Source of the DNA: Candidatus Spongiisociaceae bacterium
Lineage (GTDB): Bacteria > Actinomycetota > Acidimicrobiia > Spongiisociales > Spongiisociaceae
NCBI GenBank assembly: GCA_965219685.1
Contig: CBDCOH010000002.1
Coordinates: 2,336,001 to 2,400,000, forward strand
Direction: 5' to 3'
Length of the DNA: 64,000 nucleotides
Shown here in pieces: positions 18,795 through 28,165 of the stretch; position 1 is the first letter of the stretch; each line of letters starts with the position of its first letter. Below the pieces are notes generated by a model. It was not told the origin of the DNA. It did no database searches and saw nothing but the letters and a program-made list of their open reading frames with translations. Position numbers and translations under genes: made by a program.

Positions 18795-19517
18795 CTACTC
18801 GACCTCTCCCAGATATGCCTGGCGCATCTCGGGATTGGCCAGCAGATTGCGAGCGGTGTCGGCCAGGACGATCTGCCCGGTCTGGAGAACGTATCCGTAA
18901 TCGGCGATCGACAGTGCCATGCTTGCGTTCTGTTCGACCATGAACACCGTGGTACCAGCCGCGTTGATTCTCTGGATGAGTTCGAAGTTCTGGGCTACCA
19001 GGACGGGCGCCAAGCCCATGGACGGCTCGTCCATGAGCAGGACCTTGGGATCGGCCATCAGCGCTCGACCCACAGCGACCATCTGCTGCTCACCTCCGGA
19101 GAGAGTCCCGGCTCTCTGCGCCAAACGCTCCTTCAGCCTCGGGAACATGTGGAGTATCCGCTCGTAGTCGGCCGACGTGTCCTCTGTGCGAAGGTAGGCG
19201 CCGATTTCGAGGTTCTCCTTCACCGTCATGCGTTTGAAGAGTCGGCGGTTCTCGGGAACCATGGACACCCCCCTCGCCACTATCCGGGCGGTGCGCCACC
19301 CGTTGACCACTTCCCCGTCGATCAACACCTCTCCTGCTGTGGGTACGACCATGCCGAGGATGGTCTTGAGCGTGGTCGTCTTGCCGGAAGCGTTGCCACC
19401 CAGCAGGCAGACGATCTGTCCCTCGTGGATGGCCAGGTTGACATCCTTGAGGATGTGAACCGGCCCGTAGTGAGTGTGGACGTTGCGGAACTCGAGCATC
19501 GGACGGTCGGCCGCCAT
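18795..19517 (-). CDS. livF: Branched-chain amino acid ABC ATP-binding protein
   Basis: GGNASGKTT, LSGGEQQM, DEPSMGLAP, VEQNA. Confidence 0.93.
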   Translation of the reverse strand: MAADRPMLEFRNVHTHYGPVHILKDVNLAIHEGQIVCLLGGNASGKTTTLKTILGMVVPTAGEVLIDGEVVNGWRTARIVARGVSMVPENRRLFKRMTVKENLEIGAYLRTEDTSADYERILHMFPRLKERLAQRAGTLSGGEQQMVAVGRALMADPKVLLMDEPSMGLAPVLVAQNFELIQRINAAGTTVFMVEQNASMALSIADYGYVLQTGQIVLADTARNLLANPEMRQAYLGEVE

Positions 19518-20296
19518 CAGCGTATCTCCGCCGGGCGTCCGAGATACGCCTCGATAACCGCCTCGTTGCTGGACACCTCGTCGTAGGAGCCCTCGGCGAT
19601 CTTGACTCCGTGGTCGAGCACTATCACCCGGTCGCTCACATCTCGCACCACTCGCATATCGTGCTCGATCACTACCACGGTGAAGCCCCGCTCGTCACGG
19701 AGCTTGCGGATCAACCCTGTCAGTTCGGCTGTCTCTCGCGGGTTCATTCCTGCAACCGGTTCGTCGAGGAGGAGCAGCTTCGGCTCTGTCGCCATGGCCC
19801 TAGCGATCTCGAGGCGCCTCCGGTTGGCGTAGGAAAGCGATAGGGCCGGCTGGTCGAAACGGTATCCCACGAGCCTGGAGCCGAAGAAGCCGAGTATCTC
19901 CTCGGCGCGGGCTCTGATCTCCGCCTCCTCGCGACGCAGGAAGCGGGTACGGAGGATGGCGCGGAAGGCGCCCGCTCTGGTGCGGCAGTGCTGGGCCACC
20001 ATGACGTTCTCGAGAACGGTCATGTTGAGGAACAGCCGCACGTTCTGGAACGTGCGGGCGATTCCCGCCCGGGTGATCTCGCTCGACTCGAGCCCGATGA
20101 TGCTCTCCCCCTCGAAGAGTATCTCTCCCGAGTCCGGGGGGTAGAGTCCGGTCACCACGTTGAAGAACGATGTCTTGCCGGCACCATTGGGACCGATCAC
20201 CGACACTATCTCGCCGTCGGCAACCTGTAGGTTCACCCCGGCCAGCGCCTGCACACCCCCGAAGGACTTGTGCAGGTCGCTAATGTCCAGCATCAC
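19517..20296 (-). CDS. livG: Branched-chain amino acid ABC ATP-binding protein
   Basis: GPNGAGKT, ARTFQNVRLF, LEIARA, IEHDM, VIEAYLG. Confidence 0.93.
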   Translation of the reverse strand: MMLDISDLHKSFGGVQALAGVNLQVADGEIVSVIGPNGAGKTSFFNVVTGLYPPDSGEILFEGESIIGLESSEITRAGIARTFQNVRLFLNMTVLENVMVAQHCRTRAGAFRAILRTRFLRREEAEIRARAEEILGFFGSRLVGYRFDQPALSLSYANRRRLEIARAMATEPKLLLLDEPVAGMNPRETAELTGLIRKLRDERGFTVVVIEHDMRVVRDVSDRVIVLDHGVKIAEGSYDEVSSNEAVIEAYLGRPAEIR

Positions 20297-20298
20297 CG

Positions 20299-22059
20299 TC
20301 AGCCGCCCGCTCGCCCGTCACCCGCCGAGTCGGCGAACGCGCCGCCCTTGTCGAGCCAGGCGTCCTGAGTCAACTCGTCCGCATGCAACTCCCTTGTGCG
20401 ACGAACGCTCGGCAGCAGTCCCTCGGGCTTGCGCAGCATCATGAAGACCAGAAGAGCGCCATAGATCAGGAGCTTGAACTCGGCGAACTCCGCCAGCAGA
20501 CCCGGCAGATTGGGACCGCCCAGCACACCGATCAACACCACGGCGCCAACCGCCACCCCGGGGATATTCCCCATACCCCCGACGATCACCACGACCAGGA
20601 TGATGATCGACACCAGCAACTCGAACGAACTCGGGAAGACCGAACCGAGCTTGGCGGCAAACAGGGCGCCGGCGAACCCGGCCAGGATGGCACCCACGAT
20701 GAATGCGTTGAGCTTGGCTCGCACGATGTTTATGCCCATGGCCTCGGCCACGGTCTCGTCCTCCCGGAGGGCGGTCCAGGCCCGCCCGATGCGAGACTCC
20801 TGGAGCGACCACGAGATCCAAGCCGCCAGCATCACGAAGAACAGGGCGAAGTAGAGCACTCCCTCGGGTCCGACGCCGCTCACTTCGGTGAAACCCAGCG
20901 GGATGCCCGGGATGTTCTGTACCCCTTGCGCTCCCCCGAACGTAGGAGAAAGCCAGTCGGACAGGAACAGGATCCGCACTATCTCCCCGAAGCCGAGAGT
21001 GACGATGGCGAGGTAGTCGCCGCGCATCCGGATCACCGGAGTTCCAACCAGCAACCCCGCCAGCGCCGACATGAGGATGGCCACGGGCAGAGCCGCCCAC
21101 CACGACCACTCGAAGGCAAAGCGGGGCGATATAGGAGAGGTGAGCACCCCGACGGTGTAGGCACCCACCGCGAAGAAGGCGACGTAGCCGAGGTCCAGCA
21201 TCCCGGCCAGCCCCACCACGATGTTGAGCCCCAGCCCCATGAGCAGGAACAGCCCAACGTTGGCGAGCACCTCCGACAGCAGGCTGCCGAGGACCTGGGG
21301 AATGAAGATCAGGAACACCAGCACCACGACCGCCATCCATACCGAGTTGCGGGTGCGCTGCCTGGGATCCCCTGCGAACAGTCGCTGCCGTATCCTGCCC
21401 ATGCCGCCCCTCGTCCGCTCGGCGATGGCGCCGACGAGGAGCACCACCACCAGCGCCGCCCACCACTCGAGGGCTCTCAGCGTGAACACCCGGTCTGCCA
21501 CGACCTCCAGCCCGATCTGGCGAAGGATCTGGGAGAAAACCTGCTCGAGGAGCGCTACCACCACCACCCACTCCACTGCCAGGATCACCCGTCGCCGTCC
21601 CGAGGGTGACGGGAGGTGCATCAGACCGCCGACCAGTCCCAGCGCCGCCGGAACCAGCACCGTATACGGAAGACCGTCCGGGACCCCCGTACCGTAAGTG
21701 AGCAGACCGGCCAGCTTGACGGAGAACGGAACGAACACATCGCGCAGGTCGAAGGTGTCGATGATCACAGCGAACACCGCCAGTACCAACCCACCGAGGA
21801 GTCCGGATAGCGCCCCGGCTACGACATTGTGGAGACCCTTCGGCGGCGCCTCCAGGCCCTCGAGCACTGCCACGTTGGTGGATTGATATCCGGCGAGAGG
21901 GACGAACCATAGTAACAACAGGTAACCGAGGCTTAGGACGGGGTAGATGAGCAGCCGGTCCTCGAAGGCCTCCAGCATCCCCACCGCGGAGGTGAAGGTC
22001 ATGACACCCCCCGCGATCAGTCCCCAGCGGAACATCCTGCGAACGTCGATCCCGGTCAC
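20299..22059 (-). CDS. livM: Branched-chain amino acid ABC permease with long N-terminal extension
   Basis: GLNIVVGLAG.LDLGY, RGDYLAIVTLGFGEI. Confidence 0.92.
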   Translation of the reverse strand: MTGIDVRRMFRWGLIAGGVMTFTSAVGMLEAFEDRLLIYPVLSLGYLLLLWFVPLAGYQSTNVAVLEGLEAPPKGLHNVVAGALSGLLGGLVLAVFAVIIDTFDLRDVFVPFSVKLAGLLTYGTGVPDGLPYTVLVPAALGLVGGLMHLPSPSGRRRVILAVEWVVVVALLEQVFSQILRQIGLEVVADRVFTLRALEWWAALVVVLLVGAIAERTRGGMGRIRQRLFAGDPRQRTRNSVWMAVVVLVFLIFIPQVLGSLLSEVLANVGLFLLMGLGLNIVVGLAGMLDLGYVAFFAVGAYTVGVLTSPISPRFAFEWSWWAALPVAILMSALAGLLVGTPVIRMRGDYLAIVTLGFGEIVRILFLSDWLSPTFGGAQGVQNIPGIPLGFTEVSGVGPEGVLYFALFFVMLAAWISWSLQESRIGRAWTALREDETVAEAMGINIVRAKLNAFIVGAILAGFAGALFAAKLGSVFPSSFELLVSIIILVVVIVGGMGNIPGVAVGAVVLIGVLGGPNLPGLLAEFAEFKLLIYGALLVFMMLRKPEGLLPSVRRTRELHADELTQDAWLDKGGAFADSAGDGRAGG

Positions 22060-23153
22060 GCCCGATCCTCCGCGGAGAGGCGCTCACCGAACAGACCCGA
22101 GGGCTTGAAGATCAGTACGAGTACCAGTGCCGTGAAAGCGACCACGTCCTTCAATTGGGACACACCGGGTATACCGAAGCCGGCCAGCACGAGTTGTGGA
22201 CCAACTCCCTCGAACAGACCCAGCAGCACACCCCCCGCCATCGCCCCTCCGAGGTTCCCGATTCCTCCCAGCACCGCAGCGGTGAATGCCTTGATCCCTG
22301 GTAGGAAGCCGGTGATGAAGGACACGCCGCGGAACAGCAGCGCCCACAAGGTGCCGGCCACCCCGGCCATCGCCCCTCCCACGGCGAAGGTGGCGACGAT
22401 GGTTCGGTCCACATTGATCCCCATCAACGCGGCGATCTCCTTGTCCTCCGCCACCGCTCTTATCGACCGGCCGGTCCGGGTCTTCTCGACGAACAGGTAC
22501 AGGCCGATCATCGTCACGACCGCCACCACGATGACAGCCAGCTTGGTGCCCTCGATTGCAAGATTCAGGAACCCGATCCGAGCCCTCAGGGCTTCGGGGG
22601 GCGGGGGATAATTCTTCACCGCCACCCCGAACAGGCCGGCGAAGGTGTACTGGAGGAAGAACGAGATGCCTATCGAAGTGATGAGGGGGATGAGGCGTGG
22701 CGCGCCCCGGAGAGGCCGGTACGCAACCCGCTCCACGATCACTGCCACCAAGGTGGAGGTCAGGATCGACGAGAGCAGCACCAGCAGGATGGATAGGACG
22801 AAGTTGGTGTCCCAGAACCGGATGTCCCAGAGGTAGTTGGCCACGAAGAAGCCCACCATCCCTCCCGACATGAACACCTCGCCATGGGCGAAGTTGATGA
22901 AGCCCAGAACGCCGTACACCATCGAGTAGCCAAGGGCGATCAGACCGTACATGGCGCCTTGGGCGATCCCCGCCACGACGAGATCGCGCCAGGCTTCTCC
23001 GGTCGGGCCCTCACCGTTGATACCTTGAACGACGGTTCCCGCGATCCCCCAGATCAGCAGCACTATCGCCGCGACCCGCACGACCAGGAGGAAGGAGTCG
23101 ACCCAGCCCGGCCTTCTTCGCCGTGACGAAGGGGTGGCGGCGGCTGAGGTCAT
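22056..23153 (-). CDS. livH: Branched-chain amino acid ABC permease
   Basis: YGLIALGYSMVYG....INFAHGE, KAFTAAVLGGIG. Confidence 0.93.
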   Translation of the reverse strand: MTSAAATPSSRRRRPGWVDSFLLVVRVAAIVLLIWGIAGTVVQGINGEGPTGEAWRDLVVAGIAQGAMYGLIALGYSMVYGVLGFINFAHGEVFMSGGMVGFFVANYLWDIRFWDTNFVLSILLVLLSSILTSTLVAVIVERVAYRPLRGAPRLIPLITSIGISFFLQYTFAGLFGVAVKNYPPPPEALRARIGFLNLAIEGTKLAVIVVAVVTMIGLYLFVEKTRTGRSIRAVAEDKEIAALMGINVDRTIVATFAVGGAMAGVAGTLWALLFRGVSFITGFLPGIKAFTAAVLGGIGNLGGAMAGGVLLGLFEGVGPQLVLAGFGIPGVSQLKDVVAFTALVLVLIFKPSGLFGERLSAEDRA

Positions 23154-23184
23154 GGCCTGACTCTAGTTACCGGTGGCTGAAGGC

Positions 23185-23392
23185 TTATGGATGGTGTGGG
23201 GCCCGTTGCCCGTGGGTGGTGGGTGGTGAGGTCCGTTGTCCGTTGTCCGTGTGTGGTGGCTCGTGGTTGGTGGCTGGTGGTAGTGTGTATTGTTCGTCAC
23301 CATTCACCATTCACCATTCACCATTCACCATTCACCAATCACCAATCACCAATCACCAATCACCAATCACCAATCACCAATCACCAATCTCA
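23185..23392. repeat. Bipartite heptamer region: degenerate G/T arm then (TCACCAT)x5 (TCACCAA)x8 at 23297-23387
   Basis: Counted directly; minus strand reads TGATTGG/TGAATGG right after the stop of the substrate-binding gene. Confidence 0.95.
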
Positions 23393-24691
23393 CGGCGCGA
23401 AATCGAACACTACGTTGTTCTTGCCGACCTCGATGTTGCGCGGATCGGTGTTGTAGAGAACCGTAATCCGCTGCGAACCGCAGTCTCCGTACTCGTCGCA
23501 GCTTATCGGCCCGATGATCCCGTCGAAGGTGGACCGATCTATCTCATCGCGCAACTCCTGGCGGTCGATGTAGAGTGTCGCGTCAATCTCGACCGCCACC
23601 CGTTCGATCGCTCTCAGCAACATCACCGTCGCGTCGTAGGCGTGTCCCCAGTACCCGCCGGAGGGCTCCTCACCGTACGATTCCACGTACTCGGCCAGGA
23701 GGCTTTCCGCTGTCCTTCCGGTCACGCTGTTCCGATTGGAACCGAAACGCAGGTCCGGCCCCGATATGTAAACACCTTCCGACTCGGCCAACTCCATGAA
23801 GTTATCCACCAGCAAGGCCGCGGACACGATGAGCTTCACATCCTCGAGACCGGCCACGCTGCCCACCTGCTGGACGACAAAGCCGCCTTCGGGCATGAAG
23901 ATCGGGAAGAACACGGCTTCGGGATTACCCGCGGCAACCTCGGTCAGAACCGCGATCATGTCGGTGTCGCCCTTGTTCACCGCGGTGAACGCGGTCATCT
24001 CGCCGCCCAGGTCCTCGAAGGCCTCCCTGAACGCCTCGCTCAAACCCTGCGTGTACGGATCACCGTCATGGATCGCGGCTGCCCGGGCGAAGCCCAGTTC
24101 GTTGCGCACGAACAGCGCCACCGCCCGACCCTGAAACAGATCGTTGTGAGAAACCCGGTAGTAACCGGGCTGGTAGGCGGAACCCGGCGTCCCCGCCAGA
24201 TCCGATGTCAAGGCCGGAGACGTGTTCGACGGTGCGATCATGACCATGCCCGCATCCGAGATCAGGGGTGCCGCCGCAACCGCCGCGGCCGAACAGGTCG
24301 TGCCGATGACGCCTACGACGCTCGGATCGGCCACGACCGTCTGGGCAGCTGCCTGTCCGCCGTCCGGCGAACAGAGATCGTCGAGAGGTGTCCCCATGGT
24401 CACGGAACGACCGGCGACCGTCCCGTAGTCAGCGAGCGCGAGCTCGACACCACGCTGATTGGGAGTTCCCAGGGAAGCGACGTCGCCGGTTATGGAATTG
24501 AGCGATCGGATCTGTATCTCCTCGCCCGGACGCACCTCTACCGCGCCGAGCGGCCCCGGCTCAAACTCCTCGACGAGATCCGGCGGCGCTTGCTCCCCGC
24601 TGCAGCCAAGCGTGCCCAGCAACAAGCACAGCCAGACGAGACCGATCCCACGCACGCCGAAACTCCTCCCGATGCTCATCGAACCCGCCAA
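23390..24691 (-). CDS. LivK/LivJ-like substrate-binding lipoprotein (single domain)
   Basis: Lipobox LGC; DDLCSP.GG, SPSNTSP.LT, AYDA motifs. Confidence 0.92.
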   Translation of the reverse strand: MAGSMSIGRSFGVRGIGLVWLCLLLGTLGCSGEQAPPDLVEEFEPGPLGAVEVRPGEEIQIRSLNSITGDVASLGTPNQRGVELALADYGTVAGRSVTMGTPLDDLCSPDGGQAAAQTVVADPSVVGVIGTTCSAAAVAAAPLISDAGMVMIAPSNTSPALTSDLAGTPGSAYQPGYYRVSHNDLFQGRAVALFVRNELGFARAAAIHDGDPYTQGLSEAFREAFEDLGGEMTAFTAVNKGDTDMIAVLTEVAAGNPEAVFFPIFMPEGGFVVQQVGSVAGLEDVKLIVSAALLVDNFMELAESEGVYISGPDLRFGSNRNSVTGRTAESLLAEYVESYGEEPSGGYWGHAYDATVMLLRAIERVAVEIDATLYIDRQELRDEIDRSTFDGIIGPISCDEYGDCGSQRITVLYNTDPRNIEVGKNNVVFDFAP

Positions 24692-24760
24692 TCCCGGAGC
24701 CCGTGATCAGCGTACTCGCTATACCGCTGGTCACCGATCACCGGCTACTCACGATTGGCT

Positions 24761-27259
24761 TCAGGGCGCGTAGCCGAAGACGACGTTGTTCTTACCGGCT
24801 TCGATATCGCGAGAGTCGGTGTGGAGGACAACCGTTATCAACTGCGAACCGCAGTCACCGTACTCATCACAGGTGATCGAACCGATGATCCCGTCGAAGC
24901 TCGAACCCGACAACTCCTCACGCAGAGCCGCACGATCGATATAGAGCGTCCCCTCCACCTCGACCGCCACCCGATCGATCGCCCTCAACAGCATCGTCGC
25001 AGCGTCATAAGCATGAGCCCAGAACGCCGCCGACGGCGCCTCCCCATAGGCCGCGTCATACGCCGCCAGGAAATCATCAGCGCTCTTGCCCGTGATGCTG
25101 TTCCGGTTCGACCCGAACCTCAGATCCGGTCCCGACATATACACACCCTCGGACTCGGGCAACTCCATGAAGTTATCCGTCAACAACCCATCCGCCGCGA
25201 TCAACGTCACCCCGTCGAGGCCGGCCACACCGCCCACCTGCTGAACGATGAAACCACCCTCCGGCATGAAAATCGGGAAAAACAACGCCTGGGGATTACC
25301 CGCGGCAACCTCGGTCAATACCGCAGTCATATCGGTATCACCCTTGTTCACCGCCGTGAACGTCGTCACCTCACCACCCAACTCCCCGAACGCATCCGCG
25401 AACGCCTGCGCCAACCCCTGGGTATACGGATCACCATCGTGAATCGCCGCAGCCTTGCTCAAACCCAGTTCGTTACGCACGAACAACGCCACCGCCCGAC
25501 CCTGGAACAGATCGTTGTGAGCAGTCCGGTAATAGCCAGGCTGGTAAGCCGTACCCGGCGTCCCCGCCAGATCCGACGTCAAAGCCGGAGACGTGTTCGA
25601 AGGCGAGATCATCACCATCCCCGCATTGGAGATCAACGGCGAAGCCGCCACCGCCGCACCCGAACACGACGTCCCGATCACACCCACCACAGAGGGATCA
25701 GCCACGATCGTCTGCGCCGAAGCCTGGCCACCATCAGGCGAACACAAATCATCCAACCCCGTGCCCAACGACACACTCCGACCCGCGACAGGCCCGTAAT
25801 CAGCAATCGCCAACTCCACGCCACGCTGATTCGGAATACCCAAGAAAGCAACATCCCCCGTAATCGCATTCAACGACCGGATCTGGATCTCCTCACCCGA
25901 ACCAACCTCAACCGCACCCAACGCACCCTCCGTGAACTCGCTCACCATCGGCGCGGTGGGCCCAAAGCCGAAGACGACGTTGTTCTTACCGGCTTCGATA
26001 TCGCGAGAGTCGGTGTGGAGGACAACCGTTATCAACTGCGAACCGCAGTCACCGTACTCATCACAGGTGATCGAACCGATGATCCCGTCGAAGCTCGAAC
26101 CCGACAACTCCTCACGCAGAGCCGCACGATCGATATAGAGCGTCCCCTCCACCTCGACCGCCACCCGATCGATCGCCCTCAACAGCATCGTCGCAGCGTC
26201 ATAAGCATGAGCCCAGAACGCCGCCGACGGCGCCTCCCCATAGGCCGCGTCATACGCCGCCAGGAAATCATCAGCGCTCTTGCCCGTGATGCTGTTCCGG
26301 TTCGACCCGAACCTCAGATCCGGTCCCGACATATACACACCCTCGGACTCGGGCAACTCCATGAAGTTATCCGTCAACAACCCATCCGCCGCGATCAACG
26401 TCACCCCGTCGAGGCCGGCCACACCGCCCACCTGCTGAACGATGAAACCACCCTCCGGCATGAAAATCGGGAAAAACAACGCCTGGGGATTACCCGCGGC
26501 AACCTCGGTCAATACCGCAGTCATATCGGTATCACCCTTGTTCACCGCCGTGAACGTCGTCACCTCACCACCCAACTCCCCGAACGCATCCGCGAACGCC
26601 TGCGCCAACCCCTGGGTATACGGATCACCATCGTGAATCGCCGCAGCCTTGCTCAAACCCAGTTCGTTACGCACGAACAACGCCACCGCCCGACCCTGGA
26701 ACAGATCGTTGTGAGCAGTCCGGTAATAGCCAGGCTGGTAAGCCGTACCCGGCGTCCCCGCCAGATCCGACGTCAAAGCCGGAGACGTGTTCGAAGGCGA
26801 GATCATCACCATCCCCGCATTGGAGATCAACGGCGAAGCCGCCACCGCCGCACCCGAACACGACGTCCCGATCACACCCACCACAGAGGGATCAGCCACG
26901 ATCGTCTGCGCCGAAGCCTGGCCACCATCAGGCGAACACAAATCATCCAACCCCGTGCCCAACGACACACTCCGACCCGCGACAGGCCCGTAATCAGCAA
27001 TCGCCAACTCCACGCCACGCTGATTCGGAATACCCAAGAAAGCAACATCCCCCGTAATCGCATTCAACGACCGGATCTGGATCTCCTCACCCGAACCAAC
27101 CTCAACCGCACCCAACGCACCAGCGGTGAACTCCTCGGCTTCCGTCGGGCGCTCGGTTGTAGCTACCTCAGGCTGAGTGTCCGGCGCGGTCTCATCCCCG
27201 TCGCCGCACGCTGCGGCAACCAGCACCAGACACAGCATCAAGATTCTCAACGTCCGCAT
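24761..27259 (-). CDS. LivK/LivJ-like substrate-binding lipoprotein with two identical tandem domains
   Basis: Lipobox AAAC; 832 aa; domain repeated with a 398-codon period. Confidence 0.92.
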   Translation of the reverse strand: MRTLRILMLCLVLVAAACGDGDETAPDTQPEVATTERPTEAEEFTAGALGAVEVGSGEEIQIRSLNAITGDVAFLGIPNQRGVELAIADYGPVAGRSVSLGTGLDDLCSPDGGQASAQTIVADPSVVGVIGTSCSGAAVAASPLISNAGMVMISPSNTSPALTSDLAGTPGTAYQPGYYRTAHNDLFQGRAVALFVRNELGLSKAAAIHDGDPYTQGLAQAFADAFGELGGEVTTFTAVNKGDTDMTAVLTEVAAGNPQALFFPIFMPEGGFIVQQVGGVAGLDGVTLIAADGLLTDNFMELPESEGVYMSGPDLRFGSNRNSITGKSADDFLAAYDAAYGEAPSAAFWAHAYDAATMLLRAIDRVAVEVEGTLYIDRAALREELSGSSFDGIIGSITCDEYGDCGSQLITVVLHTDSRDIEAGKNNVVFGFGPTAPMVSEFTEGALGAVEVGSGEEIQIRSLNAITGDVAFLGIPNQRGVELAIADYGPVAGRSVSLGTGLDDLCSPDGGQASAQTIVADPSVVGVIGTSCSGAAVAASPLISNAGMVMISPSNTSPALTSDLAGTPGTAYQPGYYRTAHNDLFQGRAVALFVRNELGLSKAAAIHDGDPYTQGLAQAFADAFGELGGEVTTFTAVNKGDTDMTAVLTEVAAGNPQALFFPIFMPEGGFIVQQVGGVAGLDGVTLIAADGLLTDNFMELPESEGVYMSGPDLRFGSNRNSITGKSADDFLAAYDAAYGEAPSAAFWAHAYDAATMLLRAIDRVAVEVEGTLYIDRAALREELSGSSFDGIIGSITCDEYGDCGSQLITVVLHTDSRDIEAGKNNVVFGYAP
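24772..27121. repeat. 1156-bp direct repeat (24772-25927 and 25966-27121)
   Basis: No differences seen by eye; ORF track repeats at a 1194-nt offset in several frames. Confidence 0.95.
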
Positions 27260-27385
27260 GAAATCTCCCCTTCCTCATAATCCCGAACTCGGTGGTCAAA
27301 GGGTTCTTCCGGGCCACCTTACCCAGCGTGTTGGAGGAGTCGCCTCGGATCAGAACCCGGCTCCAGAATAGCCAGGACCCCAGTG

Positions 27386-28165
27386 CTAGGACGGGAAAAC
27401 CAACGTGGACCCCGGCTTGCGTCGTGCCGAGGTAGTGCAGCGCCGGATCCTGAGAACCTCGAAGCAGGCGAGAGCCGCGGCTACACCCGCGTTCAGGTTG
27501 GACGCACCAGCAGCCATTGGAATCGAGACCACCGTGTCGAGACGCTCCCTTACGAGCCGACCCAAGCCTCTTGCCTCCGACCCTACGAAGAGCGCTACCG
27601 GCTCGGTCAGCAGACCGAGACCGAAAAGCGGCTCGGGCGCGGAAGGGTCGAGTCCCACCGTCCAGACCCCGGCGGCGGAGGCCCGCTGGGCCGCCACCGC
27701 CACCGATGACACAGACGACACCGGGATTTGTTCCAGGGCCCCGGCCGCAGCTTTGAAGGTCAGGGCCGAGAGCGGCGCCGCCCGCCGGCGCGGAACCACC
27801 ATTCCCGTCATCCCGGCGGCCAGGGCCGAGCGGGCGATCGCGCCGACGTTACGTGGATCCTCGAGATGGTCCAGAACCAGCAGGGAAGGTGGGTCCTCGT
27901 CGCTACCGGTAAGCAGGCGGTCGAGGGGCACGAGGCGGATGGGACGAGCCTTCGCTACCAGACCCTGGTGCGCCTCGGTCTCCGCCATGTTGGCCACACT
28001 GTCCAGTAGCTGCACGTCGGCGCCCGACCGGCGCGCCTCCTGCACCAAGCGCTCGACGTCCCGGCGAGTTCGCTCCACGTACAGCACCTGCACCCGGCGA
28101 GCGGCCAGGGCGGCCCGGACCGCCTGGACCCCTTCGACCCTACCTCCTATACCAGCGGCTGCCAT
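27386..28165 (-). CDS. rlmB: 23S rRNA Gm2251 methyltransferase (TrmH family)
   Basis: LDHLEDPRNVGAI.RSA, VGSE..GL, NLNAGVAA; follows cysS. Confidence 0.92.
   Translation of the reverse strand: MAAAGIGGRVEGVQAVRAALAARRVQVLYVERTRRDVERLVQEARRSGADVQLLDSVANMAETEAHQGLVAKARPIRLVPLDRLLTGSDEDPPSLLVLDHLEDPRNVGAIARSALAAGMTGMVVPRRRAAPLSALTFKAAAGALEQIPVSSVSSVAVAAQRASAAGVWTVGLDPSAPEPLFGLGLLTEPVALFVGSEARGLGRLVRERLDTVVSIPMAAGASNLNAGVAAALACFEVLRIRRCTTSARRKPGSTLVFPS

Noticed and set aside
23185-23392. CRISPR array or repeat-protein ORFs (HHSPFTI/NHQSPIT)
   Set aside because: Units are 7 nt with no spacers and no cas genes; the ORFs are translations of the repeat, antisense to real genes
24755-27280. 841-aa plus-strand ORF and many other long antisense or alternate-frame ORFs
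   Set aside because: Shadow ORFs expected from high-GC codon bias opposite well-supported genes
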